A stretch of DNA of 64,000 bases from an uncultured Gammaproteobacteria bacterium. GTDB taxonomy: Bacteria; Patescibacteriota; Microgenomatia; UBA10105. The notes below the pieces were generated by a model. The model was given only the letters and a program-made list of their open reading frames with translations, was not told where the DNA came from and did no database searches. The stretch is from assembly GCA_964412165.1 (NCBI GenBank), contig CAYPMW010000002.1:1324-65323 (forward strand), given 5' to 3'. The translations under genes and the position numbers were made by a program. Shown in pieces: positions 55,739 to 64,000 of the stretch; position 1 is the first letter of the stretch, and each line of letters begins with the position of its first letter.

Positions 55739-57367
55739 TTGCCCATGACCAACATGCCCACAAAACCAGAAGCACTAGAAGACAAAAATGACGAATTAGA
55801 AAGGCTTCGCCAAACCGAAAAACCGACACTGCCTTCAGTCGTCCTCTTATCGGTTATCACGCTCGTGTATGCCTTTTTCAATCCAAATTTGCGTGAGTTT
55901 CAGATGCATCTTATTATTCTACTCATACTTCTCAATACACTCGTCGTATTTTTCCAAGTATTTATCGTCCCCTCCAAATATTACAGTCAGCTTTTAGGTA
56001 ATCTTGAGGCAGTGGTTTTATCACTCTTTGCAGTACTATTTATCAGCTGGACGGGTGGATTTAATTCGCCACTCATATTTTCTCTCTATCTCATCATGCT
56101 TTCAACTCCCATTAATGAAATCATTACTCCAGTCGCCATGGCCATCGTACAAGTATACTTTTTAATATTTGCTACGATCCTTATGCCGTCAATGTATGAA
56201 ACGCTCGTTACCGATCCAATTCGCGCTGTACTTATCATCCTTTCACCCGCAGGAATCGCGTATTTCACGGCCACCATGCTCTACGAAACACTTACCCAAA
56301 AACGAGAAAAGGAAAAGGCTAGACACTACGCGACACTTCTTATCGAAGAAAAAGTAAAACTGGAGACGGTAATTACCGGAATTGGGGATATGGTGATTGC
56401 GGCAGACACCAAAAATGTCATAGTACTTGTCAACAATGCTGCCCTTGATATTTTGGGATATAAAAAAGAGGAAATGATCGGCCACTCAATGACCAAATTT
56501 TTTTCTAATCTTGACCTAAATTCTATTCACCGAACCCAAGAATTTTCAGTTATCAAGCATAATAGTGAAGTAATGATCGTCAGAATTCGCTTTAACCCCT
56601 TAAAAGACTCAATCGGGCAGGAAATCGGTAAAGTGATGGTTCTTCATGACGTGAGCGCCGAAAAAGAATTCGAACGGATGAAACTTGATTTTGTTTCGAT
56701 GGCAGCGCATGAACTGAGAACCCCTTTGACATCAATCAAGGGATATCTATCGTTTCTTAAGGAATCAGCAACGCAAAAATTCTCCGCAGATGAAAGAATT
56801 TTTGTAGAACGTATTTCAATAAACACTAACTCTCTTTCGTCGTTGGTTGAGAATCTTTTGAATATCTCGCGGATCGAGAGGAGAAATCTTGATCTAAATT
56901 TACTCAGCATTAATATGGTAGAACTTATAAAGTTAGCCATTGATCAAATCAAGGATTTGGCAGCGGATAATAATATTCGGATTAATTTCAAGCCTCAACA
57001 AACGGTTGGAAACGTCTATGTTGATAAACTGCGAATTGGCGAAGTACTCAATAACTTACTTGATAACGCGATCAAATATTCATCTCGGGGTGGAACGATA
57101 ACCATTTCACTTTCGCAGTCAGAAAACGATGTCACCACACTCATCAGTGATACGGGTATTGGGATTCCTCAAGCATCGCTTAAACATCTGTTTACCAAAT
57201 TTTACCGGGTTTCTGGAGTACTTGAGCAAGGTGCTAAAGGAACTGGCTTAGGACTTTTTATCTGTAAATCAATTATTGAACTCCACAAAGGGAGAATCTG
57301 GGTAGAAAGCGAACTCGGCAAAGGTAGTTCGTTTTACTTCTCCTTACCACTTGCCAAACGTCACTAG
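55739..57367 (+). CDS. sensor histidine kinase with multi-TM N-terminus and PAS-like domain
   Basis: 6 TM, PAS-like region, H-box MAAHELRTPLTSIKGY, N-box NLLDNAIKYS, G-boxes DTGIGIP and GTGLGLFICKSIIELHKG. Confidence 0.9.
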   Translation: MPMTNMPTKPEALEDKNDELERLRQTEKPTLPSVVLLSVITLVYAFFNPNLREFQMHLIILLILLNTLVVFFQVFIVPSKYYSQLLGNLEAVVLSLFAVLFISWTGGFNSPLIFSLYLIMLSTPINEIITPVAMAIVQVYFLIFATILMPSMYETLVTDPIRAVLIILSPAGIAYFTATMLYETLTQKREKEKARHYATLLIEEKVKLETVITGIGDMVIAADTKNVIVLVNNAALDILGYKKEEMIGHSMTKFFSNLDLNSIHRTQEFSVIKHNSEVMIVRIRFNPLKDSIGQEIGKVMVLHDVSAEKEFERMKLDFVSMAAHELRTPLTSIKGYLSFLKESATQKFSADERIFVERISINTNSLSSLVENLLNISRIERRNLDLNLLSINMVELIKLAIDQIKDLAADNNIRINFKPQQTVGNVYVDKLRIGEVLNNLLDNAIKYSSRGGTITISLSQSENDVTTLISDTGIGIPQASLKHLFTKFYRVSGVLEQGAKGTGLGLFICKSIIELHKGRIWVESELGKGSSFYFSLPLAKRH

Positions 57368-57430
57368 TCTCTTTGATAAACTTCTTTAAGCGTCGGAGGG
57401 GGTATTTTTCTTTGCTGAATCTATGGTACT

Positions 57431-58093
57431 ATGAAAATAGAAGCTATGTCAGAACCAATACCTTCAATCCCTGAAACGTATTATGGCTTTATTTATCATT
57501 ATTACCGTGCGGAGGTTTATCGAGAGACTAACTGGCGCAACCGCCTCGATGTCACCACCAACTGGTCGATTGTCACCACCGGGGCTATTCTTTCGTTTGC
57601 CTTTACCAATGAATCAGCGCCTCATGCATTAATTCTCATGAATTTCGTCATTGTCTGGTTTTTCCTCTATATCGAAGCAAGAAGATTCCGCTATTATAGT
57701 GTCCTCAAAGAACGGACGCGACTTATAGAAAATCATCTCCTTTCACCAATCATTAACGGTAGTCAAATTGATACCCACTCTTCGCTGGAGTGGGCCCACA
57801 CACTCTCAGAAAGTCTGACTTCACCTAAAGTTACCATGTCCCGACTCGATTCGATCGCTTGGAGATTCAGGCGTAATTATTCGGTGATATTTCTTCTCAT
57901 TCTCACCTCTTGGATAGCTAAGGTTACTTTTTTAGATAGTGAAACACAAACGCTATCCCAGTTTTTCATAAGTGCCAGATTGTGGTTTATTCCTGGAGAA
58001 GTTACCACATGGGTATTTTTTCTACTTCTCACTCTCACTTTTGTGCTAGGACTTTATATCCCTCAAGCTTCAAAAGAAGACGACCTGCCGTAA
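57431..58093 (+). CDS. integral membrane protein (DUF2270-like, tentative)
   Basis: 220 aa, 4 TM; N-terminal YRAEVYRETNWRNRLDVTTNWS block. Confidence 0.3.
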   Translation: MKIEAMSEPIPSIPETYYGFIYHYYRAEVYRETNWRNRLDVTTNWSIVTTGAILSFAFTNESAPHALILMNFVIVWFFLYIEARRFRYYSVLKERTRLIENHLLSPIINGSQIDTHSSLEWAHTLSESLTSPKVTMSRLDSIAWRFRRNYSVIFLLILTSWIAKVTFLDSETQTLSQFFISARLWFIPGEVTTWVFFLLLTLTFVLGLYIPQASKEDDLP

Positions 58094-58167
58094 AGTTTTC
58101 CAGTATCCTCAGTTATCCGTGAAAATTCCTCTTGACATGCACGAAAACATATCAGATTATAGTATAG

Positions 58168-58947
58168 ATGATCTCGTTTATTATTCCTGTCTATAATAAA
58201 GGAAATATCATTTTTAAATCCCTCACCTCACTTATCCATCACCTCTCAAAAGCCCGGATAGAAGATTATGAAATTATAGTCGTCAATGACGGCTCAACTG
58301 ACAATTCTCTTGGAGAAGCAGTGCGATTTAAACGCTTTAACGGACATACGGAAAAAATAAAAATATACCATTATAACGCCAATATAGGCAAAGGATTTGC
58401 GCTAAGATTTGGATTCTATAAATCAGCAGGAAACCCGGTAATATTCCTCGATGGCGACACGGATATCAAAACTACCCAGATCATAAAAGGATTACGAGTG
58501 TTTTTTCAAAACCAGGCTGATATGGTCATAGGTTCTAAATATCATCCGCTGTCTCGGATTTTTTATCCTGTAGAGAGATATATTTATTCTGTTATTTTGA
58601 AACTTATCATCTACGTATTATTCAGGCTATCGGTATCGGATACGCAAGTAGGTCTTAAAATCTTCCGCCGCGAGGTATTAAACGAAATACTGCCCCGCTT
58701 AGTTATCAAACGCTTTGCTGCGGACCTTGAACTGCTCGTTGTGGCACACATGTTAGGATACCACCGTATTCACGAAATACCCGTTATTATTAAACAGTCA
58801 GTTTTGAGTCAAAGTACCATACGTATTCAAGCCGTTAGGGATTTTTGCCTGGATATTTTAGCTATTTTTTATAGAAAAAATTGGCTTAAGTACTACAATA
58901 CCGAGCAACCCACGTACAATCCACATCTTACCATCCAGACCGCATAA
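58168..58947 (+). CDS. family 2 glycosyltransferase (polyprenol-phosphate sugar transferase-like)
   Basis: ISFIIPVYN, IIVVNDGSTDNS and IFLDGDTD (DxD) motifs. Confidence 0.85.
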   Translation: MISFIIPVYNKGNIIFKSLTSLIHHLSKARIEDYEIIVVNDGSTDNSLGEAVRFKRFNGHTEKIKIYHYNANIGKGFALRFGFYKSAGNPVIFLDGDTDIKTTQIIKGLRVFFQNQADMVIGSKYHPLSRIFYPVERYIYSVILKLIIYVLFRLSVSDTQVGLKIFRREVLNEILPRLVIKRFAADLELLVVAHMLGYHRIHEIPVIIKQSVLSQSTIRIQAVRDFCLDILAIFYRKNWLKYYNTEQPTYNPHLTIQTA

Positions 58948-58969
58948 TTCTTCTGATATACTATTCTCC

Positions 58970-60097
58970 ATGCGTTTCCTCATTTTCAACTGGAAAGATA
59001 TCAAACATCCATTTGCGGGAGGTGCTGAATTAGCCACTCATCAGATCGCCAAGCATCTCATCTCGTTCGGACATGGGGTTACCTTAATTTCTTCAGGATC
59101 TAGAGAACTTTCAAAAAGCGAAATCATTGATAAAGTAAGAATTTACCGCGTTGGAAATTCGTTTACTGTATATTTATGGGCAGTATTATTATATCTCACC
59201 AAATTACGCAGTAGTACCGATATCATTATAGATGAGTTTCACGGTATTCCTTTCTATACGATTTTTTTCGCGAAAAAACCTGTAGTGGGATATATTCACG
59301 AAGTAGCAGGACATATATGGGATTATGAGTTTGGTAGTTTTATATCCTGGCTCGGAAAGACGCTCGAACAAACAACGCTTCGGATATATAAAAAAACACC
59401 CATGCTAGTTGCCTCGCAGTCAACGCGAAAAGAACTTATGCAACTGGGGTATAAAAAAGAACAATTGCTACTTTTACAAAGTACTATTAATCCTCCTCCG
59501 AAGTTAGAAATAACCAAAAATCGTACTCCACTATTTGTCTATATTGGTAGACTCACTCCCATGAAACGAATTGAAATGCTCATAAAAGTATCTTCCATGC
59601 TCACCAAGCATTTTCCTACTCTAAAGGTTTTCATTGCTGGTCCTGCAAAACCCACATTTTTTGAGAGACTCAGTCGACTCATCGATCAGCATCAACTCTC
59701 CCACATTATCACTCTGAATGGCAAAATTACTGAAAGTCTTAAGTGGCATACACTTGCCAAGGCGTGGCTTTTCGTCCACCCATCAATCAAAGAAGGTTTT
59801 GGTCTCACCGTACTTGAGGCGGCGTACTACCACACTCCAACCGTGTGTTTTGACACACATGGGCTTCGCGGGATAGTCAAAAACGGATACAACGGAGCGG
59901 TGATAAAATCACACAGTCTTCAGGCTTTGTACGAAACACTCAAAAAATTATTACATCATCCGCAACTTTTCAATTATTACGCACAAAATGCTTACGAGAC
60001 AGCACTCCGAGCACCTGACTGGAAGAGCCAAACTAAAAAGCTCGAGGCTTTCATCTCTCGCAATTTAACCATGAAGGCAGTATCTCTTCCGAAATAG
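58970..60097 (+). CDS. family 4 (GT-B) glycosyltransferase
   Basis: C-terminal EGFGLTVLEAAYYHTPTVCFD (EX7E motif). Confidence 0.85.
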   Translation: MRFLIFNWKDIKHPFAGGAELATHQIAKHLISFGHGVTLISSGSRELSKSEIIDKVRIYRVGNSFTVYLWAVLLYLTKLRSSTDIIIDEFHGIPFYTIFFAKKPVVGYIHEVAGHIWDYEFGSFISWLGKTLEQTTLRIYKKTPMLVASQSTRKELMQLGYKKEQLLLLQSTINPPPKLEITKNRTPLFVYIGRLTPMKRIEMLIKVSSMLTKHFPTLKVFIAGPAKPTFFERLSRLIDQHQLSHIITLNGKITESLKWHTLAKAWLFVHPSIKEGFGLTVLEAAYYHTPTVCFDTHGLRGIVKNGYNGAVIKSHSLQALYETLKKLLHHPQLFNYYAQNAYETALRAPDWKSQTKKLEAFISRNLTMKAVSLPK

Positions 60098-60117
60098 ATT
60101 AAAAACTATACCAGTTT

Positions 60118-61248
60118 TTATGGTATCGCTTTACAAGCATTTGTATAAATTTCACTTAACTTTGGGTTACAGACTGCAAGTGAAAAAGTTTGGTCAAAAT
60201 AGGCTTTGGCGCCCTGACCAAGCATTTTGCGTTTCGTGGGACTTTTTATTAACATTACTATCGCTTTCATCAACGCATTGACGTCATCGGCCCTAACAAT
60301 CACACCCGCTTTACCGTGGTTCACTAACTCAGGCAACGCACATATATCGCTCACAACCACACACAAACCGTGCGATAAAGCTTCTGGTACCACCATACCA
60401 AACCCCTCTACCATCGGAGGTACATGGACAAAAATATCCGTTTGTGCGAAAAACTCTTTATGCAATCTGTCATGTGTCACAAAGATATGATGTTCAATCG
60501 CAGGATCATTAATTTGAATATCATTTGGTAATTCACCAATCATGATTAATTTAAGATTCGGATACTGAGATTTAAGTCGAGCAAATGCTTCAAGAAGAAG
60601 ATGTCCCCCTTTTCGTTTAAACCATACACCCGCGAACAAGATGGTTATGCGGTGTTTGTTTTTCCGCGGTTTAATGTATTGTTTTACCAATCCAGGGTAT
60701 AATACCATGAGCTTCTCCCCCGGTTGTCCTAAACGTTTATGCCATAAGCGGGCAAACTCCGAAAATAAAATCACTTGCTTGGCTTTATATGGTAAGAGTT
60801 CTGGATCGTAAATTGAAAAGCGTTTGTGTAGCAATTTGCGAATTCTATAGTGAATTTTGATGCGCTTCTCACTCCACCCAAAATAATCTCTCAAAGTCAA
60901 ATAGCTACTTGAACTACTTCCTAATACTACCGGCGGATGTTCATTTCCCTCAATTTTCAAATTGTAGCTATGACAATGTATCAAATCAAACCTTTTTTTA
61001 AGTTGAATACATTGGTAACCTGCATCGGGAGGTAAAATTCGCAAACGCATCAAATTGGATAGTGATGTTTGCCAACGTGTGTATTGAATTTCTCCTCTCT
61101 CTAGTGCCTCTTGAAAATGAGTGTACTTTACACCTCTCGGCGGATGATTTAATAAAGAAAGAGTGTAAGTATTTTCACCTCCCATCAATAGTTTTAACTG
61201 ACTTGGTTTCTCAGGATCAAGAGGACTTATGAGTAACACATTACGCAT
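60118..61248 (-). CDS. family 4 (GT-B) glycosyltransferase
   Basis: VEGFGMVVPEALSHGLCVVVSD (EX7E motif). Confidence 0.8.
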   Translation of the reverse strand: MRNVLLISPLDPEKPSQLKLLMGGENTYTLSLLNHPPRGVKYTHFQEALERGEIQYTRWQTSLSNLMRLRILPPDAGYQCIQLKKRFDLIHCHSYNLKIEGNEHPPVVLGSSSSSYLTLRDYFGWSEKRIKIHYRIRKLLHKRFSIYDPELLPYKAKQVILFSEFARLWHKRLGQPGEKLMVLYPGLVKQYIKPRKNKHRITILFAGVWFKRKGGHLLLEAFARLKSQYPNLKLIMIGELPNDIQINDPAIEHHIFVTHDRLHKEFFAQTDIFVHVPPMVEGFGMVVPEALSHGLCVVVSDICALPELVNHGKAGVIVRADDVNALMKAIVMLIKSPTKRKMLGQGAKAYFDQTFSLAVCNPKLSEIYTNACKAIP

Positions 61249-61287
61249 AATACTTTAACTCTATGTGTAACTGATTATAATAAACAC

Positions 61288-62097
61288 ATGAAAAAACCGT
61301 TGGTTTCAATTATTATCGCAACTAAAAACGAATCGCAAACATTACCCAGGTTATTACAAAGTATTTCTAAACAAACATACCATAATTTTGAAATTATTGT
61401 GGTCGATAATCATTCTTCAGACAGAACTCAAAAAATTGCGAGAGAGTATACGCAAAAAGTCTACATACATGGTAATGAACGGAGTAGCCAAAGAAACTTT
61501 GGAGCACTACGTGCGAAAGGCAACTATCTATTATTTCTCGATGCAGATATGGAGCTGACATCGCGTCTTCTTTCCGATTGCATCAAGAATATTTACCGGA
61601 CTAACGCTGCGGGAATGATCATACCGGAAGTTGTATTAATCACCAATTTCTTTTCAAAAATTAAACATTTAGAAAAAGAAATATATCTTGGTGAAGTAAC
61701 AATTGAAGCACCTCGATTTATCACAAAAAAGTTTTTTTTGAATATTGGGGGGTTTAACAACAATTTAATTGCTGGTGAAGATTGGGATCTGGCGAACCGC
61801 TTAAAAAATAAAGGACAATTGTCAAGGGTAACATCACCTTTATATCATCATGAAGTATCTTTAATAAAAGAAATAACTAAAAAATATTATTACGCCAAAC
61901 ACATCCAAAAATATGCTCATTTACATCAAGAGAGTTTTTCACGCCAAAGCGGTCTTTCAAGACTCAGATTATTTTGGCGAAAACGAACTTTACTATTTAA
62001 AAATCCCATTACCGGCTTAGGACTGCTAGCTTTAAAAGCTGTAGAATACTTCCTATATATAATTGTCCGATACGTAACGCGACTACGCCCGGTTTGA
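61288..62097 (+). CDS. family 2 glycosyltransferase
   Basis: VSIIIATKNE...IIVVDNHSSD and FLDADME (DxD) motifs. Confidence 0.85.
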   Translation: MKKPLVSIIIATKNESQTLPRLLQSISKQTYHNFEIIVVDNHSSDRTQKIAREYTQKVYIHGNERSSQRNFGALRAKGNYLLFLDADMELTSRLLSDCIKNIYRTNAAGMIIPEVVLITNFFSKIKHLEKEIYLGEVTIEAPRFITKKFFLNIGGFNNNLIAGEDWDLANRLKNKGQLSRVTSPLYHHEVSLIKEITKKYYYAKHIQKYAHLHQESFSRQSGLSRLRLFWRKRTLLFKNPITGLGLLALKAVEYFLYIIVRYVTRLRPV

Positions 62098-62948
62098 ATA
62101 TGATAAAAGTGAGCATTATTTTTCCCAATTTAAATTGCGAGTTGCCAATATTACAATCCATGTTACGCTCCTCACTGTCACAGAAATCCATAAAAGTAGA
62201 AATAATTCTGGTGGATAACGGGTCGTCCCCAAAACACGTGCAGATAATTAAAAGAAAATTTCCCCAAATAAAGATTATCGGTTTACCTAAAAATGTTGGT
62301 TATGCCAAAGCAGTAAACTTAGGAGCCATGAACGCTACAGGCAAAAATCTTTTTTTTACTAATAATGATTGTAAGTTAGCTTCAAACTGTTTAAATAATC
62401 TGGTTATGTATCTGAAAACCAATCCTCAAGTAGTTATTGTTGGTCCAGTGTCTTATAAAGATCAACAGATGTTGCAAATTGACAGTGCAATACAAAAAAT
62501 TTCCCTCACTAGTGGACTTATAAAAACTCATCCCTCTACCAACCCAAGTGTTTCCGATTGGATATCTGGATCAGGTTTGATGATAAGCAAAAAGAATTTT
62601 ATAAAACTAGGAGGATTTGATGAAAGGTTTTTCTTTTACTATGAAGATGTAGACCTGTGTTTGAGGGCCCAAAAATTGGGTAAAGTGATATGTTTACCCT
62701 CGGCAATAATGTATCACGAGCGAGGAAGTACAGCATTTAGTATACATAAAAGAGATCAAAGCCTTTACTATCTCCACAAGGCTAAACAACAGCTTGTCTT
62801 AAAACACGGCACCATAGTTCAAATTTTTGTAAATATTTTTTTACAATTAGTAGTCTTTAATCTCTACCACCTTTTAATACTTAGGGATCACAGCATCCTT
62901 CCTATGATCAAAGCCACGCTTGATAATATATACTGTAAAGAAAAATAA
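62094..62948 (+). CDS. family 2 glycosyltransferase
   Basis: VSIIFPNLN...IILVDNGSS, NNDC and YYEDVDLC motifs; overlaps the upstream stop. Confidence 0.85.
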   Translation: MNMIKVSIIFPNLNCELPILQSMLRSSLSQKSIKVEIILVDNGSSPKHVQIIKRKFPQIKIIGLPKNVGYAKAVNLGAMNATGKNLFFTNNDCKLASNCLNNLVMYLKTNPQVVIVGPVSYKDQQMLQIDSAIQKISLTSGLIKTHPSTNPSVSDWISGSGLMISKKNFIKLGGFDERFFFYYEDVDLCLRAQKLGKVICLPSAIMYHERGSTAFSIHKRDQSLYYLHKAKQQLVLKHGTIVQIFVNIFLQLVVFNLYHLLILRDHSILPMIKATLDNIYCKEK

Positions 62949-62955
62949 TTTGTCT

Positions 62956-63603
62956 CTACTTCAGTTTTTTGTAGGCGATACATTGATAAGACAATCTCGG
63001 AAAAAAACTGACAATAGGTTCTGACAGAAAAGAAAGTGTAGCCCACATGAACCAAGGTTTATATTTTATGGAAGCGAATTCTCCACGTAAATATTTTATT
63101 CCTCGTATTCCAAGTACGTGATAATTTAATGTATAGAATTCATCTACCTTCCAACCTGATTTATGTCTTTGATACGGATTGCCATGATACGGATTTTGAC
63201 AGTAGAATCCATTTGGAGTCATCAAAATCACAATCCGTCTGGCTATTTTTTCCATACTCTGGATTAACTTTACTGCCTCATTTTTCGATAAATGCTCAAT
63301 GACATCTAGCGCAATTACTCCGTCAAAATTAGCCGGTGGATACAATTTATCCAGAGATCTAATATCTGCAATTTTATATTCATCATGAATCATCTTGTTC
63401 CTACTTATGGTAATACTGGGGGCATATATATCCACACCAGTGCTAGCAAATTTTTTAGGTATATATGTCAGTGGAGATTGGGTCCCACACCCTACATCTA
63501 ATACTGATGAACAATCCCCCAATAGGCGTGTTAAAACTGTAATATAAAACCAATCTTTATATTTTTGAATCAAACTCATACATCTTTCTAAATGCATTAT
63601 CAA
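62956..63603 (-). CDS. class I SAM-dependent methyltransferase
   Basis: Motif I VLDVGCGTQSP and motif II DGVIALDVIEH. Confidence 0.75.
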   Translation of the reverse strand: MIMHLERCMSLIQKYKDWFYITVLTRLLGDCSSVLDVGCGTQSPLTYIPKKFASTGVDIYAPSITISRNKMIHDEYKIADIRSLDKLYPPANFDGVIALDVIEHLSKNEAVKLIQSMEKIARRIVILMTPNGFYCQNPYHGNPYQRHKSGWKVDEFYTLNYHVLGIRGIKYLRGEFASIKYKPWFMWATLSFLSEPIVSFFPRLSYQCIAYKKLK

Positions 63604-64000
63604 ATTCTTTTTCCCATGTATTTTCTTTGGCTACACCAATTGCTTTTTTTCTTAAATTTAAAAACAAAGACTTACTTGAAAATATCTTCATCACGGCCTT
63701 TGCTACCGATTCAGGACTATCATTAATAAGTACTGCTGCCCCCTGCGCAACGATCTCCATTCCTAATGGAGGTACATCTGTAGTTATCACAGGTAAACCA
63801 GCGGCTAAATAAGTTCTTATTTTAGTCGAATCACCGTAAAAACGTTTTGACCCAGGAATTTGACGATATGGTGCCAATGCTATGGCATATTTTCTTATGG
63901 CTTGTGAAATATCATCGCGATTGGCTATAAATCCATGAAAAACGACATATTTTTTCAATTTGAGTCTCACCGTAAATTTTTTTAATTGGTTTAGATCTTC
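63557..64000 (-). CDS. family 4 glycosyltransferase, C-terminal part only (gene runs off the window end)
   Basis: YLAAGLPVITTDVPPLGMEIVAQGAAVLIND is a GT4 C-terminal domain; the frame stays open through position 64000. Confidence 0.6.
   Translation of the reverse strand, partial: EDLNQLKKFTVRLKLKKYVVFHGFIANRDDISQAIRKYAIALAPYRQIPGSKRFYGDSTKIRTYLAAGLPVITTDVPPLGMEIVAQGAAVLINDSPESVAKAVMKIFSSKSLFLNLRKKAIGVAKENTWEKEFDNAFRKMYEFDSKI

Noticed and set aside
1-64000. CRISPR arrays, rRNA genes, transposases/integrases
   Set aside because: I looked for regularly spaced direct repeats, rRNA signature stretches and DDE/tyrosine-recombinase motifs and found none. The only short tandem repeat is the TTTGGAA heptamer inside copA.

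Overview
This is a gene-dense 64-kb bacterial chromosomal window of low GC (~38-40% by eye). Gene content looks like a small-genome, possibly episymbiotic (CPR/Patescibacteria-like) organism; that assignment is inference. A housekeeping block carries topA-dprA, mrdA (PBP2), mreB, def-fmt, rpmB and an RseP-like M50 protease, plus tRNA-Thr(TGT) and tRNA-Tyr(GTA). Three two-component-system genes are present. A ~15-kb copper/thiol-redox island (33.7-49.3 kb) shows clear gene decay: a copA remnant with an internal deletion, a histidine-kinase fragment, a truncated methyltransferase and a frameshift at a G5 run. The island also holds a BlaI/BlaR1-type regulatory pair whose TACA-N3-TGTA operators overlap leaderless promoters, a multicopper oxidase, CopZ-like and HMA-fusion proteins, and an atypical 1183-aa CopA. 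Further along lie a 1688-aa secreted surface protein (CBM-like, beta-repeat core, C-terminal SH3b) and a glycosyltransferase-rich envelope cluster at the 3' end. Several structures are not explained by standard annotation. (1) A family of three ~100-nt structured repeat elements with 9-nt terminal inverted repeats and a swappable internal hairpin; two copies in opposite orientation bracket the dprA-HAD-ubiA-like module, and the third abuts tRNA-Tyr. (2) An operon of an NPF-repeat membrane-anchored protein followed by a secreted protein built from five C-x5-6-C-R-x-[FY]-C-x7-9-C modules with an acidic tail. (3) A duplicated ~65-bp palindromic leader module. No CRISPR arrays, rRNA genes or transposases were recognised.
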